64,000 nucleotides of DNA. It comes from Naegleria gruberi (lineage: Eukaryota). The stretch's first letter is position 1. Each line of letters starts with the position of its first letter. The notes beneath the pieces were generated by a model that saw only the letters and a list, made by a program, of their open reading frames with translations, was not told where the DNA came from and ran no database searches. Position numbers and translations under genes: made by a program. This document shows, piece by piece, positions 10,052 to 19,760 of the stretch. The stretch lies in the NCBI GenBank assembly GCA_000004985.1, contig GG738847.1. The stretch is one strand, 5' to 3'.

Positions 10052-12448
10052 TTACAATCTGTCAGCTAGTTCAGAATAGGTTGGGGCTGTTTCAGAGAGA
10101 CCCTTTCGAATACGAATCTTGTTAACTAATTCTGTAAATCTATCGGTGGAGCCAATAATTGGTTGCCAATAATCAAAGATAAATTGAGAAAATATTCCAT
10201 TACCAATCAATATATCATGAATTCCAAAATATTCCGATATTGGTACATATCCTTTGACTTGTATGTCTGAATGCCATTCAGTTTGTTCAAAGATTATTCC
10301 CCTTCTTCTATTTAATGTTGAATAGAGTGTTCCCAAATCCGATTCCTTACATTTAAATTCTCCTAACAAGATTGGTTCCAATAATGTTGGTTCAGAATCC
10401 AGAATACATGCATGGCAACATCGTCTCACTGTTGGAATTATCTGACCTGCTCCTCTGTGAATAGAGTCCGAGTTCATGCATACATCCTTGAGATTGATTC
10501 GTACGCCTCTGACACTTTCTCCACAGACTGGTCCTTCACTCATTGCAAATTTAAATGCACTAATTGAATTGTCCTTCATTTCATTAAGGTTCATGACACC
10601 CTTCGTTTGATTTACTAATACATTTGGACTATTTGCGTCTGGTCCGAAAGTCCAAATCTTTCCTGCATCCTCCAAACTCCAACCAAATTGATCACTCAAG
10701 TATCTAGCTCTATTATTCTCAGGTACTAATCCTCTCTCAATTTCATTTGAAAGTTCCTCTTGAAGTGGTTCCGCCTTCATAAAGAACCTATTATGTTTGT
10801 TAGGTGATTTTGCAAGTGTTTCCCTGTGTGATTCAACTGTGATACTTTCTAGCAAACGAACAATAGGTTCTTCAACTTGGATTTCAATTGAAGGATGAAT
10901 TTGTTTGAATTGACTGAGAATGGAGTGTAAATGAACTTCACTTACGACAGAAAGTACTTTCTCACCAGTATATTCATCTAAAGAAAATTTCATTAAAGGA
11001 TCACATTTGCAAATCAATTCCATTCCTTTGATAAGTTGTGGAAGATTGGCTTGTTTCTCCGGCTCTACAGAATAGCTGATCATTGAATGAGGTAATTTCA
11101 ATTCGGCAAATGATTCAGCTTCCAGATTTGAGCTTTCACTTATGGTAGCTCCACTACATGTTAGGAACTTTTCAATTCCAATTAATCCAACAATGGATCC
11201 ACAAGTTGCTTCTTCAATTGGCTCAACAATTGAACCATTGATTTTCACAATTCCAGTTACTGTCTTTTCTTCAAATACATTCTTTGGTCCTAATATTCTA
11301 ATTGGTGTCTCAATGTTTAGTTTTCCTGAAAATATTCTGCCTACAGAATAAACTATTCCATCAATAATTTCAGATTTAGTAATATGCATCATTAAGGGAC
11401 CATCGGGATCACAATCCTTGATTGCAGTTCCAAAAGTATCTGTGAGAGTACCAGTGTAGATATTTTCAACTCTGCGTGGTTGAGCCTTTTCTGGAGAAGG
11501 CAACTGCTGATAAATCATATTGAGTATAGTTTTTGAGGCAGGAAGCCACCGTTTCATAACTGATTCTGTTAATTCCAATTCATTTTCTTCTGAGGAAATA
11601 CTAATACCGAAAGGGTTTAACAATTCTTCCAGTGTTGGACTTGCATTTTCGTACAATGTTTGCAAAACTTTTTGAATAGGTTTCAAAACAAACTGGCAGA
11701 AACCTCTTTCCAAACTGTCTTGCTTTGAGTCTTTCAACCATTTACCACTCTCAGCATCAAAGTAATTATCTCCCCACAATTTTTCTGCCACAACATTCAC
11801 ATCCATTCCAAACTTTTTCGAATAAAACTTGGCAAAATCATGCAAATTAAAAGCCCAACCTCCCAATGCAGATCCAAAAGCAACATGACCATTCTGTGGA
11901 TAAATCTGTTCTGGTTGCTCAGCATAGGTACAAATCACAACATTGACAGATTCAATAATTCTCAACATGCACTGATAAATTTCCTCCAATGAAAATTCAT
12001 TCCTCAATAACAAAACTTCCAACTTGTTAATCATGAGAATGAATCCAAGTTTCTCAGTGATAGCCTGTCTCAATACCATCTCTGAATGATAACCCAAAGA
12101 ATTGTATCCCTCCAAATTGACCACCAACAAACAACCATCACTCAATCTAAGGCTTGTATTCACTTCGGAAGTTAATTCCAATCTTCCAGGACAATCCAAT
12201 ATATTGATAGTACTGTTACATTCCGAATTATTCGTCTTGGCAATGAATTTCTTGTAATGAATTTGTGTTTTAAATATTGTTCTTGTTGCTATTGTTGTAT
12301 TTTCTTCATCTTTATTCCGATGATCAACAACATCATCATTAGAATGATTGATCAATAATTTGGTGAGTGTTGATTTTCCAGATGAATACTCTCCACAAAT
12401 TGATACATTTCTAATCAGTGATCGATCCAAGAGTTGATGTTGAGACAT
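10052..12448 (-). CDS. Divergent EF-2/EF-G family translational GTPase paralog, 798 aa.
   Basis: P-loop GEYSSGKST and G3-like DCPG are present. The G4 motif is NKLE instead of NKxD. Domain II-V-like regions follow (IVGLIGIEKF..., GEKVLSVVSEVHLHSIL...). Single exon. Confidence 0.75.
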   Translation of the reverse strand: MSQHQLLDRSLIRNVSICGEYSSGKSTLTKLLINHSNDDVVDHRNKDEENTTIATRTIFKTQIHYKKFIAKTNNSECNSTINILDCPGRLELTSEVNTSLRLSDGCLLVVNLEGYNSLGYHSEMVLRQAITEKLGFILMINKLEVLLLRNEFSLEEIYQCMLRIIESVNVVICTYAEQPEQIYPQNGHVAFGSALGGWAFNLHDFAKFYSKKFGMDVNVVAEKLWGDNYFDAESGKWLKDSKQDSLERGFCQFVLKPIQKVLQTLYENASPTLEELLNPFGISISSEENELELTESVMKRWLPASKTILNMIYQQLPSPEKAQPRRVENIYTGTLTDTFGTAIKDCDPDGPLMMHITKSEIIDGIVYSVGRIFSGKLNIETPIRILGPKNVFEEKTVTGIVKINGSIVEPIEEATCGSIVGLIGIEKFLTCSGATISESSNLEAESFAELKLPHSMISYSVEPEKQANLPQLIKGMELICKCDPLMKFSLDEYTGEKVLSVVSEVHLHSILSQFKQIHPSIEIQVEEPIVRLLESITVESHRETLAKSPNKHNRFFMKAEPLQEELSNEIERGLVPENNRARYLSDQFGWSLEDAGKIWTFGPDANSPNVLVNQTKGVMNLNEMKDNSISAFKFAMSEGPVCGESVRGVRINLKDVCMNSDSIHRGAGQIIPTVRRCCHACILDSEPTLLEPILLGEFKCKESDLGTLYSTLNRRRGIIFEQTEWHSDIQVKGYVPISEYFGIHDILIGNGIFSQFIFDYWQPIIGSTDRFTELVNKIRIRKGLSETAPTYSELADRL

Positions 12449-12751
12449 TTTTTTAATAATTTAATAATTTTTAAATTATTAATTATTGGAAATATTCATT
12501 TCTAGAATGAACATTCATTCACAATCATAATACTTTCAATTTAACAGACTGAAAGATAATTCAATAGTTTCTAATTTCCTTAAATGAGATTATTATAAAG
12601 CTATTCGAAACAAATGTCCTTAATATCTTTAATTTGATTTCAATCCCAATATTTCTCATTATTATTATTCAATTATCATAATCAAACATTCACACGATTA
12701 TTATCAAATTTCCTGTCAACTGCCATTTTTCATCTAAAAAAAAACGTCAAA

Positions 12752-13930
12752 ATGCACAAAAAGACTCTCATCTTGGGCGTTGCTTTATTGCTCTTCGCCT
12801 TGTTCGCTGTTGTAGCAAGAGCTGCCGAAGAACCAGAATTCGAAATGACAGATGCCCTCGACAGATTAACTTCTGGCATGGATTGTGCCAATGAAGAAGA
12901 AGCTTTGGCTGATTCCTTGGTTGAATCTTTCATCAGATCATCAGGTGGTAGAAGCAGTGGTGGTTCCAGAGGTGGTTCCAGAGGTGGTTCTAGAGGAAGC
13001 TCCAGAGGATCATCAAGAGGAGGTTCCAGAGGTGGTTCCAGAGGATCATCATCTAGAGGATCATCAAGAGGTGGTGGTAGAAGAGGATCATCTTCTTCAT
13101 CAAGAGGTAATGGAAGAAGAGGTGCTTCTTCATCATCAAGAGGTAATGGTAGAAGATCCAATGCTAATTCTGGTGGTGGAAGAAGAGGTGGAAACACTAG
13201 AGGAGGAAACAGAAGAGGAGGAAATACTAGAGGTGGAAACAGAGGTGGAAACAGAAGAGGTGGAAATACTAGAGGAGGTAATAGAAGAGGTGGAAATACT
13301 AGAGGACCATCTAGAACTAGACCATCTACTAGACCAACCAGACCATCAACCAGACCAACTACAAGACCAACAACTAGACCAACTACTAGACCAACTGCTC
13401 CAGTAGCTGCTAGACCAACTGTCAATACTCCTGCTGGTCCAGTCGGTTCAAAGATTGCTGCTGCCATTTCTTCTAGATATGGAAATGTTGCCAAGCCAGG
13501 TGGTTATTGTGCTAGAGCTGTCAGAACTGCTGTTGAAGGTAAGTGAATTGTTGGAGTTTTTGGAGTTTTAATTCTCTATTAATATTCGAATAATTCTAGC
13601 TGCTACTGGCAAGACCATTCAAAGAACTACCAGTGCTAAGGATTATGGTCCAAGTCTTGAAAAGGCTGGATTCAAGAAGGTTTCTGGTCCACCAAAGGTT
13701 GGTGATGTTGCCATCTTTGGATCTGTTCCTGGACATCCTCACGGAGTAAGTAGTTATGAAATATTTCACACCAACTAATCTTATTAATTATGCTAATGAT
13801 GTTTCTTATATAGCATATGCAAGTATACACTGAAAAGGGATGGGTCAGTGATTTCAAACAAAGAGATCAATTCCCAGGTCAAGCTTACAGAAGTAGAAAT
13901 GCTCAAATGACAACTTACAGATCTGAATAA
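12752..13930 (+). CDS. Secreted cationic low-complexity protein with a C-terminal CHAP/NlpC-P60-like papain-fold amidase domain. Three exons: 12752..13538, 13600..13745, 13814..13930.
   Basis: Signal peptide MHKKTLILGVALLLFALFAVVARA. Long SRGG/GGNTRGGNRR repeats are followed by PTTRPTTRP linker repeats. The catalytic domain contains Cys in GGYCARAVRTAVE and His in VGDVAIFGSVPGHPHG-HMQVYTEKGW, and is split by two short introns (gtaagt at 13539; gtaagt at 13746 to tatag at 13813). Confidence 0.65.
12950..13400 (+). repeat. Coding low-complexity tandem repeats (RGGS, GGNTRGGNRR and PTTR units) within the secreted amidase gene.
   Basis: Direct repetition of agaggtggttcc, ggaaacactagaggaggaaacagaaga and ccaactactaga units. 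Confidence 0.7.
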
Positions 13931-14046
13931 ATTTTTTGTCATTTTGTCCAACAAATTCTCATAATTTATTGTAAAAACAATTCAATTATGAGGACTACAG
14001 TTTAATATTTACAACGGTCGAATATTTACTTTGAAGTTTGGTGGAA

Positions 14047-15410
14047 TCAAATCTTTTTACCTTTTTGAGATGTTTCAATAATCTCAAATTCGGATATCAT
14101 TTGAGAAATCATTGAATCAAATGTTTTGGAATTATGTTTCGTTTGTTCATGAGATAACAGTTCAGTCTTGACAGCATCAAGCTTTGCTTCCACTTCTTTC
14201 CATTCCTTTGAAAATATTGAGGTAACAGAGGTCTTGTAGCTTTCGGCAATTGCTTTGGCAAGCTGCTCCACCAAATCATCATTGGTCATGAGATCTTTCC
14301 TTACATCCATTGGTATTTCAAGTTGCAAACCTGGCATTCCCAATAAGATAGATTGATGACTAATTGTTGTTACAGTATTATCTCCCCTAATTGATAATTT
14401 CATTAATATTCGATTGTGCAAGTTTCAGTAACTTACCAATAACCACTAAGATAAGGATCTCTATCAATGGTCAACTTGAATCCAGAATATTTCTTTTTAC
14501 AAGTGCTAACTGCCTTTTGCATTCGATCACAAAAATCCTTCTTTACCTTTTCAGCAAGTTTTTGATCCTTCCACAAAGCCATCATTGGAGCTATTCCAAT
14601 ATCAATATTTCTATCGGCCTTTCTATTGATTTTACCATGAATATCAACATGAAGAGTTGGAAATCCATCGTACTGTTTCTTGAGTTTATGAAGGAAACGA
14701 TGGAATGGTGAGCTCATAAATTGTGAAGCAACCAGATAGTTTGGATCCAAATTACTTTTATCCTAATCTCGTGAATTGCTAAATATTCCACACAACAAAT
14801 ATGAAAACAAACCTTTGGTTTTGCTGTCTTTGGATTCCAAATCACAAAACTTGCCTCAATTCCCAAATACTTTTTAATCTTTAATGAGAGAAGGAGACAA
14901 ATCTCATTCGTGTACAATTCCTTGGAATGAACTCGTTCGGAATCTTGTGATTCCTCTCCTCCTCTATAAACCTGCAAGCCATGAGGTGCAGAAAACAAGA
15001 TAGGACCAGCCAAATGTTCAATATGAGAAACATAAGATCCATTTCCAGATGATTCTGATTGGATACTATACAAATCTTCTTCTGGTGTTGTGAGCTTGCC
15101 TGTCTTTGATTTAGTTTCTAATGTTGTTGATTGTTTCCCCAAAGTAGTAGTAGTAGTAGATGAAGAAGATGAAGAGGTTTTATTTACATGATCATGATGA
15201 TGATGATGAGATTTTTGGTTTTGATACAATCTTAGTAGCATCCGATACGGATGATGAATCTGAATTTAATGCTGTGGTTTTTTTAATACTACTAATTCCC
15301 GTTGTTGTTTTCTTAATGGATCCGATTGAAGATGTTGTACTCTTTGTTTTTCCCTCTGATGATGAAGCACAACTTTTGAGTGTTGGCCTTAATACGGTTG
15401 ATTTTTTCAT
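14047..15410 (-). CDS. N-formylglutamate amidohydrolase-like (FGase family) hydrolase, multi-exon. 3' exons are 14437..14762 and 14047..14386. The 5' exon ends at 14813; its start is uncertain, either 15241 or an upstream exon from 15410.
   Basis: Motifs ILFSAPHGLQ and TLHVDIHGKINRK resemble the FGase PHGG and DxHS motifs. Two 50-nt introns (GTTTGT...ATTAG and GTAAGT...ATTAG) restore a continuous frame across three ORF-track fragments. A frame change near 15192-15241 leaves the N-terminus unresolved. Confidence 0.45.
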
Positions 15411-15503
15411 TTTTTAAAAAAGATCGTAAACTTAAAGTTCATCATCACCCGATCATTCATCATCATATTCAAACACTTTTATAAAGAGATTTATAACTAA
15501 TAA

Positions 15504-16838
15504 TTAACAATCATCTTCATCATCGGGAGAAATGGAATTCCAGCAAGCATTACCATAAAAATCTCTCTTCTCAATATAAAGAGATTGTTGACTCACCTCT
15601 GCTAGTCTTGAATAGATTTCAGATAAGGCAAAACAAAGAACCATTCTACTTTCTTGTTCACCTATATGATTGAGTAAGTGTTCAATTTTTGAGGCATAGA
15701 TTGAAAACACAACCAAAATCCTCTCATCACTCTCCAAGCCCGTCGCTGTATTGTTAATAACAGCTGTAATAATATTTGAGAGTGAATGTGGATAGGTCAG
15801 AATATTTGATAGGGAGCTAATAATTGGTCTAATCATTTCAAATGCAAACAGTTTCAATGTATCACAAATTATCTTCTCTTCCTTACTATCTTGAGCAGTC
15901 ATTTCGCTAATGTACTGAATAAGATTTGAAAGGCAATAGATTTTATCTTCCCTGTCACTAATTCTTCCATTGACCAATATTGAAATTTTCAATACATCAC
16001 ATCTTTCCTTTCCAAATATCAAACCATTAATATAATCATCAAGATCCATTGGAGTTTGGGGTGTATTTAGCACGTTTAAAACATGTCTTAAAGTTTGGAG
16101 CCTTTCTTGTTTGTAATAATAGGACCTCATGATTTCCTTTTCAACAAGGTCAATAACAAATTCTAATTTAATGTTATTCATGAGAAGAGATGCAACAAAT
16201 GGCTCTATTTCATCATTAGGAATAACTTTCACAAAATCTGTAATGAACGAGAAGTATGTTTGGTCATTTGGGCAAATAGTAGAGTAAAACGAAAGATTTT
16301 TCATTGATTCCATAACAAGTTCCTCTCTACACAGTATCGTTTTTGCAAAATAAGAGAGATAGAGTTGAGATAAACCATCAATCCAGTACTTTTCATTTTC
16401 AAAGTATTCGACATCGAGTTGCTTTGAATTATAAGCAACTTCAACACCCCCAATATTTCTAAAAGTATTATAAACGCTCTTCAGTTCATTCCAAATATTG
16501 TCATTCTTTGGACTATTCTCCAATATTGTTGAATAGATTTCGTAATTGTGCATTATTTGTTTGTTTCGTTCTCCCTTAATGTTCTTGATGGACATTGAAA
16601 AAAACACCAAAGCAAGAGCTTCCCTTAGTCTTTGTTTTTGAAATAATGCAAATGATTGTTCATTCACTCTCTGTTCAAATGTTACACTGCCCTGAAGAAA
16701 CTCTGTATGTAATGCGAGAGTAGGATGTTCAATAATGCACTGACATATTATTAAGGCAGTTTGATCATCTGTGTTATCAACGGCATTTTCGGCCTGTACA
16801 GAGTAATCCTTAATATGTAATGATACTCTTTCTGACAT
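15504..16838 (-). CDS. Hypothetical alpha-helical protein, 444 aa.
   Basis: Single uninterrupted ORF with normal-complexity codon usage. No family recognised. Confidence 0.5.
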   Translation of the reverse strand: MSERVSLHIKDYSVQAENAVDNTDDQTALIICQCIIEHPTLALHTEFLQGSVTFEQRVNEQSFALFQKQRLREALALVFFSMSIKNIKGERNKQIMHNYEIYSTILENSPKNDNIWNELKSVYNTFRNIGGVEVAYNSKQLDVEYFENEKYWIDGLSQLYLSYFAKTILCREELVMESMKNLSFYSTICPNDQTYFSFITDFVKVIPNDEIEPFVASLLMNNIKLEFVIDLVEKEIMRSYYYKQERLQTLRHVLNVLNTPQTPMDLDDYINGLIFGKERCDVLKISILVNGRISDREDKIYCLSNLIQYISEMTAQDSKEEKIICDTLKLFAFEMIRPIISSLSNILTYPHSLSNIITAVINNTATGLESDERILVVFSIYASKIEHLLNHIGEQESRMVLCFALSEIYSRLAEVSQQSLYIEKRDFYGNACWNSISPDDEDDC

Positions 16839-17238
16839 TTTTTTTGTTGCAATTGTATTAATTTCTCAGAAATGAGTAGTAGCCTCCTAAGAGATGATTT
16901 CAGTCCTCTCACATATACTTTATACTATCCAGAGTTTCATCTACTCACCAGTCCTCAATTTTCTATTACACAGAAATTGTTAAGAGTTTAATAAGTAAAT
17001 GTTTTGGTATAGAAAACCTTCCATCAATATCAAGACTACAATGATCACCACTCGTAGAACCTTAGGAAGTTCAATTCTATTAAGGAGTGATATAATTTGT
17101 GTGTCCAGAATCCATGGTGTTTGGAGGTTTGGATCAATTTCTAAATTTACTACTTTCTAAAAATATTACACAACTTGTGAATTAATTTTCAATCAATCTG
17201 AAACAAATTCAAAAATACTAAAAAAAAACAAACAATAT

Positions 17239-18366
17239 ATGAATAGTTTCGATAATTTATTGTTGACAGATGATCTCTTGAGAGGAATATATGGCTATGG
17301 TTTTGAAACCATGAGTTCTATCCAACAAGAAATATTAAATCCACAACAACAACAAACACAACCATCACAACAACAACCATCAAACAGTTCAATGATCGTT
17401 CAAGGTCGATCAGGAGAGGGCAAAACCATTGGATTAATTATTAAAGTATTGAAAACAGTTGATTTTCAAAAGGATGATGATGATAATGGTGTAGAATTGC
17501 AAGGTTTAATTCTTGTTCCGAATGAATATTTAGGAAAACAAATAACCAAAGCCATGATTTACTTGGGTGAATATATTAGAAATGCAACAATTTCTGATAA
17601 TGTGAATGAAAATCCGAGAATTCTCATAACCACTCCATCAATAGTCATTGAAAAGAAGATTAATGTATCCAAATTGAAAATTCTAGCATGTGATGAAATG
17701 AATGTCATGTTACAAATTGGATCACCAACTAGAAGATGTATTAAGAGAATTTTACAACAAATTCCAAACGAAACTGAAATTATTTGTGTTGGTTCAAGTA
17801 AATTGCCACCAGAATGTTATATACATGATCAGCATTTGAAACATTCACGTATCATTCAACAAGATAGTGAATTGGGAAGAAATATTTCTGAAAGTTTTGT
17901 TTATTGTCCAAAATTGGAGCAAAAACTTGCAACATTGAAGGAACGTGTCAACACTACTTTTCCATCCAATGTAATATTTTGTAATAATTCTAAAAACAAG
18001 GAGAAATTAGAAGAGATTTTAACACAAAGTGACATACTTCCCTCCATTACAATAACACCAATGGATAGATTATTTCCATACTTTGATACCGTTGTTGGAA
18101 TTCATGATGATTGGTATGGAATTGATATGCATTCATGTGAATTTATTGTTCATTTTGATGTGATTTGTGATGCAGCACTGAGTAGAATAAGAACTGGAAG
18201 AAGTGGAAGATTTGGTAGAGTAGGAAAAGGTCTGTATCTTCCTTCAACATTGGATGAGCTTGATTTTGTGTGTGAATTATTGCTTGGATCTGCCAAATGT
18301 AAATATCAGAGAATAATGATGAAAAATTTACATTATTCAGATATTATGATCCATTGTGATAATTAA
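17239..18366 (+). CDS. eIF4A-like DEAD-box helicase paralog with degenerate catalytic motifs, 375 aa.
   Basis: Q-motif LLRGIYGYGFETMSSIQQE. Motif I is GRSGEGKT. Motif II is CDEM rather than DEAD, motif III is GSS rather than SAT, and motif VI is SRIRTGRSGRFGRVGKG. A poly-Q insert lies near the N-terminus. Confidence 0.75.
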   Translation: MNSFDNLLLTDDLLRGIYGYGFETMSSIQQEILNPQQQQTQPSQQQPSNSSMIVQGRSGEGKTIGLIIKVLKTVDFQKDDDDNGVELQGLILVPNEYLGKQITKAMIYLGEYIRNATISDNVNENPRILITTPSIVIEKKINVSKLKILACDEMNVMLQIGSPTRRCIKRILQQIPNETEIICVGSSKLPPECYIHDQHLKHSRIIQQDSELGRNISESFVYCPKLEQKLATLKERVNTTFPSNVIFCNNSKNKEKLEEILTQSDILPSITITPMDRLFPYFDTVVGIHDDWYGIDMHSCEFIVHFDVICDAALSRIRTGRSGRFGRVGKGLYLPSTLDELDFVCELLLGSAKCKYQRIMMKNLHYSDIMIHCDN

Positions 18367-18501
18367 TTGACATTCAATGTTATGTATCCTTACAATTTTG
18401 ACTCGAAATAAATATGTACTGGATTGCAAAAAGTTTTGTTGTCTGTCAACTAAAAATAAACGTGGTAAAGAATCGAACGAATTTTCCAAACAACAAAAAA
18501 A

Positions 18502-19671
18502 ATGAAAGAACGCACTTCACACCAAGAGAATAAAAGAAAAAGAACCAATCCAGAGGATGATCATCAATATGAGAGTTGGCTTAACGGAAATTTTGATCAT
18601 TCCATTCGCTCGGAAATAATTGAAACTTATGAATTAGATGAGAACACTCTAGTGATTAACCATTTTGGAATTTCGAGAGAGGAAATAATGAAAAGGTTAT
18701 TACATCAACAAGTTGTCAAACCACTAAAGGTGAGGAAAATTCATTCCTCAGAATTATCTTCAGAGAAACAAGAAGAAAAAACTCAAGTGGAAGAAATATT
18801 AACAAAGTTGACTGACCTCAATAGTGATATATGGTTGGAAATTTACGCATTCATTGGTGTTGAGAATGTACTTGTGAATGAAATATTCCTACTTAATAAG
18901 GAAATGATGAGCAACCTATATTGGAATCCTTCATTTTGGTATTCGATTGTTGGAAGAATGTGGAATGGAAATTTGAATCAATTACCAATTCTATATGATT
19001 ATGAATTCGTGAGGAAGTATTGCATTTTCAAGTCGAAACGTTTCTTGGAGCAATTACAAAAGCAAACTTACTATACGAAAGGTCAAGTTTTTCATAGTGT
19101 AATTTCAGATCTACAATCAATTCCAATATTTTCTTCAGATATGAAGGATGTTTGTTTCGTTCAAAAAGTTCTCAATGGAAACTTGAACTATTTTCACGTA
19201 AGAACGGTCCGTGCAGATTTCGTCGCCAGTATTAATGTAATATTTGATATTTTCCTAAAAGAAAAGCTTTCACACCTCAGTTTGCATGTGATACTTAATG
19301 GATCTTGCCATGTTGAATCGACACTTGTGGCAATCTATAATGGTGAGCAAATTCCAATTATCAAAAAAGCAAAATGTGTAAAGAAGGGAATTAAAGAATT
19401 GGTAAGAGTGTTGGGGATTGATGAGAGCGAAATATTCTCACATCTGGGTTTTGAATCTCATAGGTTTGAAAGATTGAAATTTGGAGCATTGATGCAAGAT
19501 GAGTATTTCTTGTGGTTTTGTAATTCTATCCTTGAGTATGTTCCTATTCCAATAGAGCATGCTTATGGATTGGTTGATTATTCGAATGATCCAAACTATG
19601 GTGTTGATGATGAGAGAAATGAGAAAATTGAGGAATACTATCAATTGAAAAACTTTCTCTGTATTCAATAA
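18502..19671 (+). CDS. Member of a lineage-specific F-box-like protein family, 389 aa. Paralog of 57518..58693.
   Basis: Shares the blocks W.EI..FIG.E, IFLKEK..HL and LKFGxLMQDxYFxWFCNSIL...PxPIE..YG..DYS......D.RNEKIE.Y.LK with the gene at 57518. Confidence 0.55.
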   Translation: MKERTSHQENKRKRTNPEDDHQYESWLNGNFDHSIRSEIIETYELDENTLVINHFGISREEIMKRLLHQQVVKPLKVRKIHSSELSSEKQEEKTQVEEILTKLTDLNSDIWLEIYAFIGVENVLVNEIFLLNKEMMSNLYWNPSFWYSIVGRMWNGNLNQLPILYDYEFVRKYCIFKSKRFLEQLQKQTYYTKGQVFHSVISDLQSIPIFSSDMKDVCFVQKVLNGNLNYFHVRTVRADFVASINVIFDIFLKEKLSHLSLHVILNGSCHVESTLVAIYNGEQIPIIKKAKCVKKGIKELVRVLGIDESEIFSHLGFESHRFERLKFGALMQDEYFLWFCNSILEYVPIPIEHAYGLVDYSNDPNYGVDDERNEKIEEYYQLKNFLCIQ

Positions 19672-19760
19672 TTGTGTGAAATAATTTCGTTACAAATATT
19701 CCAAATAATAATAATATACAATTTCTAAATATACAATGGTAACGATTTGATTTCTTCCTA

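Noticed and set aside
12730-13494. 254-aa minus-strand ORF and a 173-aa alternative plus-frame ORF (12885..13406) over the RG/RS repeat region
   Set aside because: These are frame artefacts of the GC-richer tandem repeats. Only the 12752 frame has a signal peptide and continues via introns into a recognisable amidase domain.
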